Translations under genes and position numbers: made by a program | In this document: in pieces, positions 10,185 to 20,994 of the stretch | Numbering within the stretch: position 1 is the stretch's first letter | How the letters are laid out: each line of letters opens with the position of its first letter | Assembly: GCA_017503645.1 (NCBI GenBank) | Contig: JAFVSR010000062.1 | Coordinates: forward strand, 1,415 to 65,414 | From: Bacteroidaceae bacterium | Lineage (GTDB): Bacteria; Bacteroidota; Bacteroidia; Bacteroidales; Bacteroidaceae | DNA length: 64,000 bases | Direction: 5' to 3' | The notes under the pieces: generated by a model | Database searches by the model: none | What the model was told of the DNA's origin: nothing | Seen by the model: the letters and a program-made list of their open reading frames with translations, nothing else

Positions 10185-10922
10185 ATGCCGAGATTCACAT
10201 ACCTGCGTACCGCGTTGTTGGCCGCTTTGTTTTGCTTGACGGCTGTAAAAAACAGCTATGCACAAGATAGATTTGCACTGCCGGGAGACTCTATTATTGA
10301 AAACGCTCTGAAAGCCGACTCTGCAACAATAGACAGCATATACAGGAGCGATGTGAGCCTTTCGCCCGACAGCAGCCGCGCTGCAATGAAGCGCAACTAC
10401 AACGAAATGACCGGTAACATAAAACCGTTCAAGCCCAACCCCACAAAAGCCACTTGGCTTGCAGTGGTTGTACCGGGTGGAGGACAGATTTATAACCGCA
10501 AATACTGGAAACTACCCATCGTATATGGCGGCTTTGTAGGTTGCTTGTATGCTTATAATTGGAACAGCCAGATGTACAGCGACTACCGTCAGGCCTACCT
10601 CGACATTATGGACAGCGACCCCAATACCGACTCGTACAAGGATTTCTTTCGCCCGGGATACGATTTCGAGGGGAACAAAGAGTACCTTACAGGGCTTTTC
10701 AAAAAGAGGAAGGACCGCTACCGCCGTTGGCGCGACTTAAGCATATTTGCCTTCATAGGCGTGTATGTACTCTCGGTAATAGATGCATATGTGGATGCGC
10801 AGCTCGCCAGTTTCGACATAAGCGAGGACCTGAACGTGACCGTGGAACCCGAGATTATGAACAACAGCATAGGCCGGATGGACAAGGGCTACTACGGAAT
10901 AAACTGCAACATAAATTTCTAA
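10185..10922 (+). CDS. DUF5683-family membrane protein (conserved partner downstream of parB in Bacteroidota)
   Basis: Signal-like N-terminus. Motif VVPGGGQIYNRKYWKLPIVYGG is typical of DUF5683. An alternative GTG start lies at 10179. Confidence 0.75.
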   Translation: MPRFTYLRTALLAALFCLTAVKNSYAQDRFALPGDSIIENALKADSATIDSIYRSDVSLSPDSSRAAMKRNYNEMTGNIKPFKPNPTKATWLAVVVPGGGQIYNRKYWKLPIVYGGFVGCLYAYNWNSQMYSDYRQAYLDIMDSDPNTDSYKDFFRPGYDFEGNKEYLTGLFKKRKDRYRRWRDLSIFAFIGVYVLSVIDAYVDAQLASFDISEDLNVTVEPEIMNNSIGRMDKGYYGINCNINF

Positions 10923-10931
10923 ACAAAAGGA

Positions 10932-12269
10932 ATGCAAAGATACACGACATACATAACAACACTTTTACTGCTCCTTGCCACAAGTATCGAGGCGCAGGAG
11001 AACGATTTCACACCCATCGACAGCATAAGCGACAACGCACTGCTCGACAAAGCCATTGCAAGCCCCGACACAATAGACTTTGCAGTGGAGACAATGGAGT
11101 GCGACAGCCTTGTTTTTGAACTGCCCGAGGGAATGACTGCCGACATAGACAGCCTTATGAACGGCTGGCAGGCACGCCATCTCCTGAAGGCGCTCGACTG
11201 CCAAACCGAGGGATGGGAATACATAAAGACAAACGATACCACATATGCCGAGCGTCTGCGCGACCTGCACAGCATAATAGAGATGCCATACAACAGCACG
11301 GTGCGCCACTGCATAGACCGTTACGCCACACGCAACCGCTCACTGGTGTCATATATGCTGGGCATTGCAGAGTTCTATATGCCTATGATTGAGGCCGAAA
11401 TAGACAAGTACAATATGCCCCACGAACTCAAATACCTGCCCGTTATAGAATCGGCACTTAACCCAAAGGCAGTGTCGCGTGCAGGAGCAAAGGGATTGTG
11501 GCAATTTATGTTTGCCACCGGCAAGCTCTACGGGCTTAAATCGAACAACTACATAGATGACCGCTTCGACCCGCTGAAGGCCACACACGCAGGCCTCAAC
11601 TACCTGCGCGACCTTTATAACTTTTTCAACCGTTGGGACCTTGCGATAGCGGCATACAACTGCGGCCCGGGCAACGTAAAAAAGGCTATACTGCGTTCGG
11701 GCGGAAAGACCGATTTCTGGGGTATTTACCGCTACCTGCCACGTGAGACACGCGGCTACCTGCCGGCACTCATTGCGGCCAACTACATAATGACCTACCA
11801 CGAGGAGCACGGCATATGCCCAATGGAGCCTGCACTGCCCATTGGAACCGACACTTTGCACATAACAAAGAACCTGCACTTCAAACAGATAGAGCAGTTC
11901 TGCGATATAAACATTGAAGATATAAGAGCGCTCAACCCGCAGTATATCAAAGATATCGTGCCCGGGGAGGCCGAAAGATATGTACTGCGCCTCACCAACG
12001 ATGCCATCACCCGTTTCATCACAAACGAGGACAGCATATACAACTACAAGAAGGAGGAGTTCTTCCCAAGCAGCAACTTAGCAAAAATGCTCAAGGAGGC
12101 CAAGGCCAACGACGATGGTCGCGGCACACTCAAATATCACAAGATACGCAGCGGAGAGACACTTGGCAGCATCGCCCGCAAGTACCGCGTGACGGTGAAG
12201 CAGATTATGAAATGGAACAATATGCGCAACACCAGGATAAGGGCAGGCAGACGATTGAAGATTTACTGA
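10932..12269 (+). CDS. Lytic murein transglycosylase (SLT domain) with C-terminal LysM
   Basis: SLT catalytic region ESALNPKAVSRAGAKGLWQFMFATG..AAYNCGPGNV. LysM region YHKIRSGETLGSIARKYRVTVKQIMKWNNM. Confidence 0.85.
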   Translation: MQRYTTYITTLLLLLATSIEAQENDFTPIDSISDNALLDKAIASPDTIDFAVETMECDSLVFELPEGMTADIDSLMNGWQARHLLKALDCQTEGWEYIKTNDTTYAERLRDLHSIIEMPYNSTVRHCIDRYATRNRSLVSYMLGIAEFYMPMIEAEIDKYNMPHELKYLPVIESALNPKAVSRAGAKGLWQFMFATGKLYGLKSNNYIDDRFDPLKATHAGLNYLRDLYNFFNRWDLAIAAYNCGPGNVKKAILRSGGKTDFWGIYRYLPRETRGYLPALIAANYIMTYHEEHGICPMEPALPIGTDTLHITKNLHFKQIEQFCDINIEDIRALNPQYIKDIVPGEAERYVLRLTNDAITRFITNEDSIYNYKKEEFFPSSNLAKMLKEAKANDDGRGTLKYHKIRSGETLGSIARKYRVTVKQIMKWNNMRNTRIRAGRRLKIY

Positions 12270-12275
12270 TAAAGT

Positions 12276-14501
12276 ATGAACAGCGACGAGAATAAAATAT
12301 TGGATGAAGAGACCGCTATAAACAATGCGTTCAAGGAGTTGCTGGATATATATCTGGCATCGCAGCACCGCAAGAAGGTGGAGCTGATAACCAAGGCATT
12401 CAACTTTGCACGCCAGGCGCATAAAGGGGTGCGCAGACATAGCGGCGAGCCATACATTATGCACCCGCTGGAGGTTGCCACCATCGTGTGCCGCGAAATA
12501 GGATTGGGCTCTACATCTATATGTGCGGCGCTGTTGCACGATGTGGTGGAGGATACCGACTACACCGTGGAGGATATCCGTAACCTGTTTGGCGACAAAA
12601 TTGCCGAAATAGTGAACGGACTCACGAAAATTGCCGGCGGAGTGTTTGGTGCACACGCATCGGAACAGGCCGAGAACTTCAAGAAACTGCTGCTCACTAT
12701 GAGCGAGGACATACGTGTTATTCTCATAAAGATAGCCGACCGCCTGCACAATATGCGCACACTGGAGTTTATGCCCGTGAACAAACAGTACAAAATAGCG
12801 GGAGAGACACTCTACATATACGCCCCAATAGCCTACCGCTTAGGATTGAGCAAAATAAAGACAGAACTCGAAAACCTGAGCTTCCGCTACGAGCACCCCG
12901 AGGAGTATGCCAAGATAGAGAAGAAGATTGAAAAGACACAGCGCGACCGCGATATTCTCTACCGCGAATTCACATCGCCCATATGCAGTGAACTCGATGC
13001 TATGGGGCTCAAATATCGCATAATAGGGCGCGTGAAGTCGCCCTACTCCATTTGGAACAAGATGCAGAAAAAGCACGTTGCCTTTGAGGATATTTACGAC
13101 ATACTGGCCGTGCGCATCATATTCACCCCTCGTGAGGGAAAAGACGAGAACAACGAGTGCTTCAACATATACATAGCCCTCACAAAGCTGTACAACGCCC
13201 ACCCCGACCGCCTGCGCGACTGGGTGAACAAACCCCGCACCAACGGCTACAAGGCGCTGCACGCCACGTTTATGAGCAAGCGCGGCGAGTGGATAGAGGT
13301 GCAGATACGTAGCGAGAAGATGAACGAGATGGCCGAAAAGGGAATTGCCGCCCACTGGAAGTACAAGAGCCAGGGAGAGGACAGCGGCGACGAACAGCTC
13401 GAAAATTGGCTGCACACCATCAAGGAGATACTCGATGACCCGCAACCCAATGCGCTCGATTTCCTCGACACCATAAAGCTGAACCTGTATGCAACAGAGA
13501 TATTTGTCTTTACGCCCAAAGGCGACATTAAGACAATGCCGCAGAACTGCACTGCACTGGACCTCGCATACAGCATACACACCTTCCTGGGTAACCACTG
13601 CATAGGAGCCAAGGTGAACCATAGGCTTGTGCCGCTGAACCACCAACTGCAAAGCGGCGACCAGGTGGAAATAATAACCTCTAACGCACCACGCGTGGAG
13701 GAGGGATGGCTCTCGTTTGTAACCACAGCGAAGGCACGCGCCAAGATACTTGCAGCCCTGCGTCGCAAGCAGCGCCTGCTTATGCGCGACGGCGAGGAGA
13801 TACTGAACAAATTCCTCGAAAGCGAGGGCCTAAGCAACTACAGCAACAACATAGAAAAGATATGGAAACTGCACGACCTCAAGGATAAGGAGGCCCTGCT
13901 TGTGGCCATAGGCGATGGCAGCATCACACTTGGCAACGAGGATAAGGATGCTCTGCTGGGCAACAAGAAGTTCAGTTTTCAATCACTGTTCTCGTTTGGC
14001 AAGGAGAAGAAAAAGGAGGAGAATAACGCCGAAACATTTGAGCAGATAGACCGCAAGACACCCATAAGCCTCACCGACGACAATATAAAAAGCAGCTACA
14101 TAATAGCCGACTGCTGCCACCCCATCCCGGGCGACGATGTGCTTGGTTACTACGACGAGGAAAAACACATTGTAATACACAAGCGCAACTGCCCCGTGGC
14201 CAACACGCTCAAGAGCAGCCACGGCGACCGCATACTGGCTGCCAGATGGGACACCCACAAGAAACTGAATTTCATTGTACCTATTCAAATAAAGGGAATA
14301 GACGACTTGGGTGTGCTCAACGAGATTACCGCCATAACACAGCAGATGAATTCAAGCATACAGAAACTGCATTTGGAGTGTTTCGATGGGATTTTCGAAG
14401 GAACCTTCTGGCTCAATGTTCACGATGTTGACGATGTGAACAAACTTTGCAACGCACTGAAAAAGGTGAAACACATAAAGACCATTGCGCGCGTAGGATG
14501 A
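12276..14501 (+). CDS. Bifunctional RelA/SpoT-family (p)ppGpp synthetase/hydrolase
   Basis: 741 aa. HD hydrolase region (HSGEPYIMHPLEVA..LLHDVVEDT), synthetase region (RVKSPYSIWNKM..DILAVRII), TGS and C-terminal ACT-like segments. Confidence 0.93.
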   Translation: MNSDENKILDEETAINNAFKELLDIYLASQHRKKVELITKAFNFARQAHKGVRRHSGEPYIMHPLEVATIVCREIGLGSTSICAALLHDVVEDTDYTVEDIRNLFGDKIAEIVNGLTKIAGGVFGAHASEQAENFKKLLLTMSEDIRVILIKIADRLHNMRTLEFMPVNKQYKIAGETLYIYAPIAYRLGLSKIKTELENLSFRYEHPEEYAKIEKKIEKTQRDRDILYREFTSPICSELDAMGLKYRIIGRVKSPYSIWNKMQKKHVAFEDIYDILAVRIIFTPREGKDENNECFNIYIALTKLYNAHPDRLRDWVNKPRTNGYKALHATFMSKRGEWIEVQIRSEKMNEMAEKGIAAHWKYKSQGEDSGDEQLENWLHTIKEILDDPQPNALDFLDTIKLNLYATEIFVFTPKGDIKTMPQNCTALDLAYSIHTFLGNHCIGAKVNHRLVPLNHQLQSGDQVEIITSNAPRVEEGWLSFVTTAKARAKILAALRRKQRLLMRDGEEILNKFLESEGLSNYSNNIEKIWKLHDLKDKEALLVAIGDGSITLGNEDKDALLGNKKFSFQSLFSFGKEKKKEENNAETFEQIDRKTPISLTDDNIKSSYIIADCCHPIPGDDVLGYYDEEKHIVIHKRNCPVANTLKSSHGDRILAARWDTHKKLNFIVPIQIKGIDDLGVLNEITAITQQMNSSIQKLHLECFDGIFEGTFWLNVHDVDDVNKLCNALKKVKHIKTIARVG

Positions 14502-14508
14502 TTCCTTA

Positions 14509-14865
14509 TCACAATAGGTCGAGTTGCGCCTTAATTCCCAACAACTCCTCACGAATGGCCGAAAGGCGGTCGATGACCTCGGCCGACACATCGGCAACCT
14601 CCTTGTTGCCCGCACCCTTAAGATACTGCTTGGCACCGGCGATGGTGAGCCCGCGCTCCTTCACAAGATGATGTACAAGACGTATGGCTTTGATATCCTC
14701 TTTGGTGTAACGACGCACTCCGTTGCTGCCCTTGTGCGGTGCTATCTGAGGAAAAACGGTTTCCCAATAGCGCAAGGTGGACTCGGGGGTGTTAAGCTCG
14801 GTTGCCACCTCCTTTATGGTGTAGTACATCTTCAGGTCCTTGTTCTTCGATAGTGCCATAATCAA
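14509..14865 (-). CDS. MerR-family transcriptional regulator
   Basis: YTIKEVATELNTPESTLRYWE HTH. 4-nt ATGA overlap with the upstream M23 gene. Confidence 0.85.
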   Translation of the reverse strand: MIMALSKNKDLKMYYTIKEVATELNTPESTLRYWETVFPQIAPHKGSNGVRRYTKEDIKAIRLVHHLVKERGLTIAGAKQYLKGAGNKEVADVSAEVIDRLSAIREELLGIKAQLDLL

Positions 14866-15836
14866 TCATATACTTTTCCGTGGTTCTCGGCCATCTGAAG
14901 CATCTGGTCGTATCCCTCGGCATCGAGGTCCATAAAATAGTAGTTAATGGGATTCACGTGCTGCCCTTTTATTATAACCTCGTAATGGAGGTGAGGGCCG
15001 GTACTCTTGCCCGAGTTGCCGCTCAACGCAATCTGCTCGCCACGCACAACCTTTTGCCCCGGCTTCACCATAAATTTGTTGTTATATAGGTGAGCATATA
15101 GGGTTTCTATTCCATAGCCGTGGTCAATCTTCACAGTGTAACCATAGCCGGCCTGCCATTTGGCCGAAACAACGGTGCCGTCGGCTGTAGCATATACAGG
15201 CGTGCGATTATCACACGAGAAATCCATACCATTATGCTTCTTGCGAACTTTATATACAGGATCTATGCGCCAGCCATATCCCGATGCGGTGCGTTTGAGG
15301 TCGCGGTTGGCAATTGGCTGAATGGCAGGCAGATGGCGCAAATAATCCTCTTTCTCCTCGTCAAGCTTCACAAGTTCCTCAAAAGATTTTATCTGCAGGT
15401 ACAGCTGCTTGTCGAGCATATCTATCTTTTGCGCCGTTTCAACCACCAGGGCCGAATTGCTCATATCCATAAGTTCGTCGTAACGGGCAGTGCCACCATA
15501 GCCCGATTGGCGTGCAAAGGTTGAAACAGGCTCGGAATTCAAGAGAACGCGATAAAGGTTATCATCGCGCTGCTGTATATCCTCGAGCACCTCCATAGCA
15601 TCGTCGAGGCGTTGCGACATAATGCGATACTGCGCCAGCAATCTTGAATTTTCCTGTTGCAGTTCACTCATCGAAGGGGTTTCTATAAGCAGATAGAAGA
15701 TGAGAAAGGAGAGACCGCCGAAAATGATAAACAACAACACACGCCTCAGTATAGTGAGGAAGCGTTGCGCCAAATTCGGATATACGCGGTCGTATGTTCG
15801 TGTAGCAGGGTTGAATATGTAATAGACTTTTCGCAT
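14862..15836 (-). CDS. M23-family metallopeptidase (membrane anchored)
   Basis: N-terminal TM helix and a coiled region. M23 motifs HNGMDFS and GPHLHYEV. Confidence 0.88.
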   Translation of the reverse strand: MRKVYYIFNPATRTYDRVYPNLAQRFLTILRRVLLFIIFGGLSFLIFYLLIETPSMSELQQENSRLLAQYRIMSQRLDDAMEVLEDIQQRDDNLYRVLLNSEPVSTFARQSGYGGTARYDELMDMSNSALVVETAQKIDMLDKQLYLQIKSFEELVKLDEEKEDYLRHLPAIQPIANRDLKRTASGYGWRIDPVYKVRKKHNGMDFSCDNRTPVYATADGTVVSAKWQAGYGYTVKIDHGYGIETLYAHLYNNKFMVKPGQKVVRGEQIALSGNSGKSTGPHLHYEVIIKGQHVNPINYYFMDLDAEGYDQMLQMAENHGKVYD

Positions 15837-16047
15837 CGGCAGCGCCCTTTATGCTGACAAAAGTAATAAAAGCTATCCTTTTTTGCAACTAAATACCAAA
15901 ATATCGGCTTTGCATTAACAGTGTATAACAAATATGGTGAAAACCGAGTGCAGAATATATTAGAGATTTATCTCAAATATGCATATAACACAAAATATAA
16001 CGCGCGATAATTAGTCTGTTTTATTCGTTTTTTCCGTCTTTTTATTG

Positions 16048-16055
16048 TATTTTTG
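16048..16055 (+). promoter_or_regulatory. Putative -7 promoter box for alaS (TATTTTTG)
   Basis: Exact TAnnTTTG match 41 nt upstream of the alaS ATG. Confidence 0.45.
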
Positions 16056-16096
16056 CAGGTTGGAAATGAAAACAATAAAATAAAACATAATATAGT

Positions 16097-18715
16097 ATGC
16101 TCACATCAAAAGAGATTAGAGAATCTTTCAAGCAGTTCTTCGAAGGAAAAGGACACCTCATCGTGCCATCGGCACCTATGGTAGTAAAAGACGACCCCAC
16201 ACTTATGTTCACCAACGCGGGTATGAACCAGTTCAAGGATATAATTCTGGGCAACAGCCCTGCAAAGAGCAAACGCGTGGCCGACTCGCAGAAGTGCTTG
16301 CGCGTTAGCGGAAAGCACAACGACCTTGAGGAGGTGGGCCACGATACATATCACCACACAATGTTCGAGATGCTCGGCAACTGGTCGTTTGGCGATTACT
16401 TTAAGGAAGATGCCATCAACTGGGCGTGGGAGTTCCTCACACAGGTTGCAAAGCTCGACCCCGAGCGTATGTATGCCACAGTGTTCGAAGGCAGCGAGGC
16501 CGAAGGCCTTGAACGCGACAACGAGGCAGCAGCCATCTGGAGCAAGCACCTGCCTGCCGACAGAATAATAAACGGAAACCACCACGACAACTTCTGGGAG
16601 ATGGGCGATACAGGCCCTTGCGGTCCCTGTTCGGAGATTCACATCGACCTGCGTAGCGAAGAGGAGCGCAAAGCTATCCCCGGCCGCGACCTTGTAAACG
16701 GTTCTCACCCCCAGGTTATTGAAATATGGAACCTTGTGTTTATGCAGTTCAACCGTATGGCCGACGGCCACCTGGAGGAACTCCCCGCAAAGGTTATCGA
16801 CACCGGTATGGGATTCGAGCGTTTGTGTATGGCTTTGCAGGGCAAGCAGTCGAACTACGACACCGACGTGTTCCAGCCCATCATTAAGGCCATAGGCGAG
16901 ATTAGCGGCAAGAAGTATGGCGACGAGGAGCAGACCGATGTTGCAATGCGTGTAATTGCCGACCACATACGCACAATAGCCTTCTCCATCACCGATGGAC
17001 AGCTCCCCTCAAATGCAAAGGCCGGTTATGTGATTCGCCGCATTTTGCGCCGTGCAGTACGCTACGGTTACACATTCCTGGGACAGAAACAGGCGTTTAT
17101 GTTCAAGCTGGTGCCCACACTCATTGAGAATATGGGCGACGCTTACCCCGAACTGAAACAGCAACAGGAACTCATAACCAAAGTGATAAAGGAGGAGGAG
17201 GATTCGTTCCTTCGCACCCTCGACACCGGTATGCACCTGCTCGACAAGGTTATCGCAGCCACAAAAGCCGAAGGCAAGAGCGAAATCAGCGGCGTGGAGG
17301 CTTTTACATTGTACGACACATTCGGTTTCCCCATCGACCTCACACAGCTTATTTTGCGCGAGAACAACCTCACCGTGAATATGCAGCAGTTCGACGAGGA
17401 GATGCAAAAGCAAAAGACTCGTGCCCGCAACGCAGCTGCCGTGGAGAACGGCGACTGGATTACCGTGAGCGAGGGCGACTGCACATTCGTGGGATATGAC
17501 AACACCGAGTACGATACCACCATTCTGCGTTACCGCCAGACAAAGCAGAAGAACCAGACTCTCTACCAGATAGTACTTAAAGAGACACCCTTCTATGCAG
17601 AGAGCGGTGGTCAGGTGGGCGACACCGGCCTCCTCATCTGCGGCGACGAGCGCATAGAGGTTATAGACACAAAGAAGGAGAACAACCTGCCCATACACAT
17701 AACAAAAAAGTTGCCCGCCGATGCTGCGGCAACCTTCCGTGCCGAGGTGAATTTGAAGAAACGCAACGCTTGCGCTGCAAACCACTCCTGCACCCACCTG
17801 CTGGATCAGGCACTGCGTCAGGTACTTGGCACCCACGTAGAGCAGAAGGGTTCATTGGTGACCCCCGATGCCATTCGTTTCGACTTCTCGCATTTCCAAA
17901 AGGTAACCGACGAGGAGATTGAGCAGGTAGAGCGCATTGTGAATGCCCGCATACGCGAGAACATTCCCCTCACCGACCACCGCAACATACCCATAGAGGA
18001 GGCAAAGAAACTTGGTGCCATTGCCCTCTTTGGCGAGAAATATGGCGACCACGTGCGCGTGGTGCAGTTCGGCACATCCATAGAGTTCTGCGGCGGCACA
18101 CACGTTGCGACAACCGGCAACATTGGTATGGTAAAGATTATATCGGAAAGCTCCGTGGCTGCAGGCGTGCGCCGCATTGAGGCCATCACAGGCGAGGCGT
18201 TGGAGGAGCACCTTTACAAGGCACAGAACCTTATGAAGGAGATACACGCACTCTTCAACAACGTGCCCAACCTCAAGGCTACCATCGTAAAATCAATTGC
18301 CGAGAACGCCGAGCTCAAAAAGGAGATTGAGGAGTATGCCAAGGAGAAGGCTTTGAATATGAAAAACGACCTGTTGAAGGAGATAAAGGAGCGCAAGGGT
18401 GTACGCTACATAAGCGCACTGCTCCCCGCAGCACCCGCAACGGTTAAGGATATAGTATTTGCACTGCGCCAGGAGCAGCCCGAGAACCTCTTTGTGGTTA
18501 TCGGCAGCATATACAACGATAAACCCCAGCTCACCATCTCGGCAAGCGCCGACCTTGTGGAGCGCGGCATAAACGCAGGCAAGATTGTAGGCCAGGCTGC
18601 ACGCGAAATGCAGGGCGGCGGTGGCGGACAGGCACACTTTGCACAAGCAGGTGGCAAGAACCCCGCAGGCATCAAGGCCGCAATGGAGAAGGTATTTGAG
18701 ATTGCAGAAATTTAA
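16097..18715 (+). CDS. alaS: Alanine--tRNA ligase
   Basis: 872 aa. [28 protein letters not shown], editing-domain HSCTHLL / CGGTH, C-terminal DHHA1-like GGGGGQ. Confidence 0.97.
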   Translation: MLTSKEIRESFKQFFEGKGHLIVPSAPMVVKDDPTLMFTNAGMNQFKDIILGNSPAKSKRVADSQKCLRVSGKHNDLEEVGHDTYHHTMFEMLGNWSFGDYFKEDAINWAWEFLTQVAKLDPERMYATVFEGSEAEGLERDNEAAAIWSKHLPADRIINGNHHDNFWEMGDTGPCGPCSEIHIDLRSEEERKAIPGRDLVNGSHPQVIEIWNLVFMQFNRMADGHLEELPAKVIDTGMGFERLCMALQGKQSNYDTDVFQPIIKAIGEISGKKYGDEEQTDVAMRVIADHIRTIAFSITDGQLPSNAKAGYVIRRILRRAVRYGYTFLGQKQAFMFKLVPTLIENMGDAYPELKQQQELITKVIKEEEDSFLRTLDTGMHLLDKVIAATKAEGKSEISGVEAFTLYDTFGFPIDLTQLILRENNLTVNMQQFDEEMQKQKTRARNAAAVENGDWITVSEGDCTFVGYDNTEYDTTILRYRQTKQKNQTLYQIVLKETPFYAESGGQVGDTGLLICGDERIEVIDTKKENNLPIHITKKLPADAAATFRAEVNLKKRNACAANHSCTHLLDQALRQVLGTHVEQKGSLVTPDAIRFDFSHFQKVTDEEIEQVERIVNARIRENIPLTDHRNIPIEEAKKLGAIALFGEKYGDHVRVVQFGTSIEFCGGTHVATTGNIGMVKIISESSVAAGVRRIEAITGEALEEHLYKAQNLMKEIHALFNNVPNLKATIVKSIAENAELKKEIEEYAKEKALNMKNDLLKEIKERKGVRYISALLPAAPATVKDIVFALRQEQPENLFVVIGSIYNDKPQLTISASADLVERGINAGKIVGQAAREMQGGGGGQAHFAQAGGKNPAGIKAAMEKVFEIAEI

Positions 18716-18733
18716 TACTGCACACAAATAAAT

Positions 18734-18777
18734 AGAGAAATAAGGCAGCAGAGCGCGCTCTGCTGCCTTATTTCTCT
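18734..18777. terminator. 44-bp perfect palindrome; bidirectional terminator between alaS and the helicase gene
   Basis: AGAGAAATAAGGCAGCAGAGCG / CGCTCTGCTGCCTTATTTCTCT. The right arm contains the helicase stop codon (18768-18770). Confidence 0.7.
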
Positions 18778-20204
18778 ATTTGCGAATCGCTCCAATTTAC
18801 CAAATAGAGCTTTTCCGATGCACGCGTGAAGGCCGTGTACAGCCAGCGATAATAGTCGGGGCCGGCCATTTCGGGAGTAACATAGCCCTGGTCCAGGAAC
18901 ACCCGCTTCCATTGGCCGCCCTGTGCCTTGTGACAGGTTACCGCATAGCCATACTTAACTTGCAGGGCGTTGTAATAGGGATTTTTGCGCACCTCCTCCA
19001 TTCGTTTGCGTTTGGAACGAATCTCGGGGTAATCCTCCCACACCGCAGCAAAGAGCGTTTCGCTTTCGGTGCGTGTGAGCGAGGGCGACTCGCTTGTGAG
19101 GGTACCAAGCATTATTTTAACATCAAGCTCGCAATCCTCGTAATCGGTGAGCGAGAGGGTGACATCGGCAAAGCGGAAGCCATACATCTCCTCGGTGGAG
19201 CCCACATACACAATCTCGGCAGTGTCGCCGTTGGCTATGAAATCTATCTTTTCAAGAATTGTCTTGTCCTGTTTGCCAAGCTCCTCGCGCCAATAGTAGT
19301 TGTTCTTCACTATCATAAGAATATCGCCGCGGTTGAGCTCCTCCTCGCGGTAGAGTATGCGGCGGCGTATCCCCTCGTTATATATGTTGGCACGCTTGTT
19401 CGAACGGCACAGAACAATGGTTTCGTCTATGCCCACCGAGCTGTACGAGCCTTCGATGGCCTCTATAAGTTCCTCGCCCTGCACCCTGCATATATCGGCA
19501 AAACCCTTGAGTTTTATCTGTGGCAAGGCGCCCAAAGCACCATCGGCTATTATGTGGCGCAACATAGTGGCGTTTTGCAATATGCCGGAGCCATCTAACT
19601 GACGCATCACCTGTGTGAGCTCCACCCCCGACACGTTGAGAAACATAGAGCGTAGATAGGTGGCCGAAAGCGCAGGCGACAACTCCTCACCCACAGGAGG
19701 CAACTGCGCGGTGTCGCCCAGGAGAAGCAATGAGCAGCCGCGCCCCGAATAGACAAATTCCACAAGGTCGTCGAGCAGGGCCCCCGAACCGAAATTAGTG
19801 GCACCCTCGTTGGCTATCATAGAGGCCTCATCAACTATAAACAGAGTGTTGTGCGCCCTGTTCTCCATAAGCGTGAACGAGGAGCCGTTGAGTATAGATT
19901 TCTGCCTGTAAATCCATTTGTGTATGGTATATGCCGGCTTGCCCGAATAGGATGAAAAGACCTTTGCAGCCCTGCCCGTGGGGGCAAGCAGCACAGTGCG
20001 GCGTTCCAACTGCTCCATAGTCTTTACAAGGGCAGCCACGAGCGATGTTTTTCCCGTTCCCGCATAGCCGCAAAGAAGGAAGAGGCGTCTGTCGTCGGCC
20101 GACAACAGGAACGCAGATATCTCTTCAAGTGATTTTTCCTGCTCTTTTGTTGGAACAAAGGGAAAATTTGTTTTAATTTGCGATGTTAAATATTTATTTA
20201 TCAC
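18768..20204 (-). CDS. RecD-like (SF1) ATP-dependent DNA helicase
   Basis: 478 aa. Walker A GYAGTGKTS, Walker B LFIVDEASMI, C-terminal YAVTCHKAQGGQW (UvrD_C_2-like). Confidence 0.85.
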   Translation of the reverse strand: MINKYLTSQIKTNFPFVPTKEQEKSLEEISAFLLSADDRRLFLLCGYAGTGKTSLVAALVKTMEQLERRTVLLAPTGRAAKVFSSYSGKPAYTIHKWIYRQKSILNGSSFTLMENRAHNTLFIVDEASMIANEGATNFGSGALLDDLVEFVYSGRGCSLLLLGDTAQLPPVGEELSPALSATYLRSMFLNVSGVELTQVMRQLDGSGILQNATMLRHIIADGALGALPQIKLKGFADICRVQGEELIEAIEGSYSSVGIDETIVLCRSNKRANIYNEGIRRRILYREEELNRGDILMIVKNNYYWREELGKQDKTILEKIDFIANGDTAEIVYVGSTEEMYGFRFADVTLSLTDYEDCELDVKIMLGTLTSESPSLTRTESETLFAAVWEDYPEIRSKRKRMEEVRKNPYYNALQVKYGYAVTCHKAQGGQWKRVFLDQGYVTPEMAGPDYYRWLYTAFTRASEKLYLVNWSDSQIEK

Positions 20205-20255
20205 AATTATTTAATAAATATATACCATATAAAACGGAAATTCGTTTTTTTATCT

Positions 20256-20263
20256 TATTTTTG
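20256..20263 (+). promoter_or_regulatory. Putative -7 promoter box (TATTTTTG)
   Basis: Exact TAnnTTTG match 34 nt upstream of the ATG at 20298. Confidence 0.4.
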
Positions 20264-20297
20264 CGACACGAAAATACATAAATTAAATATAGTAACA

Positions 20298-20984
20298 ATG
20301 AAAAACGTCTTAAAAGTATTGCTTATTCTTGCTGTTGTAGGTTTGGCATACATCAGCTATCGTAGTATTATGGGCCCCATTGAGTTTGCTGAGGTTCGTT
20401 CGGCTCGTGAGAAGGAGATTGTGGCTCGTCTTATCGACATTCGTACCGCGCAGATTGAGTACCGCAACAGCCACGAGGGCGCATACGCCGATGATTTTGA
20501 TTCACTCATCAATTTCTTGAAAAACGCAAAAATGCCTATCGTTTTGAAGCAAGGCGAGCTTGACGATGCTCAGCTTGAGCGTGGCCTTACAGAGGACAAA
20601 GCATTGGAGATGATTAAGAAAGCCGAAAAGACAGGCAAATGGGGTGAGGTTGATAAAGAGGGCTTGCGCGGTTTCCGTCGCGACACATCTTGGATTGCCC
20701 TGCTCGACACCATCTATCCCAAAGAGTTTGTGGTAGATTCTCTCGCATTCGTTCCCTTTGGTAAGGGCGAGAAATTCGAGCTCCTCACCAGCTGCGATAC
20801 CACAAAGGCAGGTAGCGCACAGTACCTCTTCGAGGCTCGTACTCCCTACGATGTTTACTTGCAGGACATCAACGACCAGGAGCTGGCCAACCTAAAATAT
20901 CAGATGAAAAAGATGGACCGTTACTGCGGTTTGAAGGTGGGTGACGTTGAGAACCCCAACAACAACGCCGGTAACTGGGAATAA
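20298..20984 (+). CDS. Hypothetical membrane-anchored protein
   Basis: 228-aa ORF with a single N-terminal TM helix (VLKVLLILAVVGLAYISY). I recognise no motif. Confidence 0.7.
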   Translation: MKNVLKVLLILAVVGLAYISYRSIMGPIEFAEVRSAREKEIVARLIDIRTAQIEYRNSHEGAYADDFDSLINFLKNAKMPIVLKQGELDDAQLERGLTEDKALEMIKKAEKTGKWGEVDKEGLRGFRRDTSWIALLDTIYPKEFVVDSLAFVPFGKGEKFELLTSCDTTKAGSAQYLFEARTPYDVYLQDINDQELANLKYQMKKMDRYCGLKVGDVENPNNNAGNWE

Positions 20985-20994
20985 TTTCTCTTTG

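Noticed and set aside
14502-14508. Convergent gene pairs with almost no spacer and no terminator hairpin: RelA/SpoT vs MerR at 7 bp, and rsmD vs cls at 22329-22332 (4 bp).
   Set aside because: Compact convergent junctions are common. Nothing in the sequence indicates more than transcriptional read-into-neighbour, and I cannot evaluate this without transcript data.
18768-20204. RecD-like helicase as a possible defence-system component.
   Set aside because: It is a single gene flanked by housekeeping genes (alaS, DUF3822-rsmD), with no nuclease, methylase or other defence partner. It is most simply a conserved chromosomal helicase.
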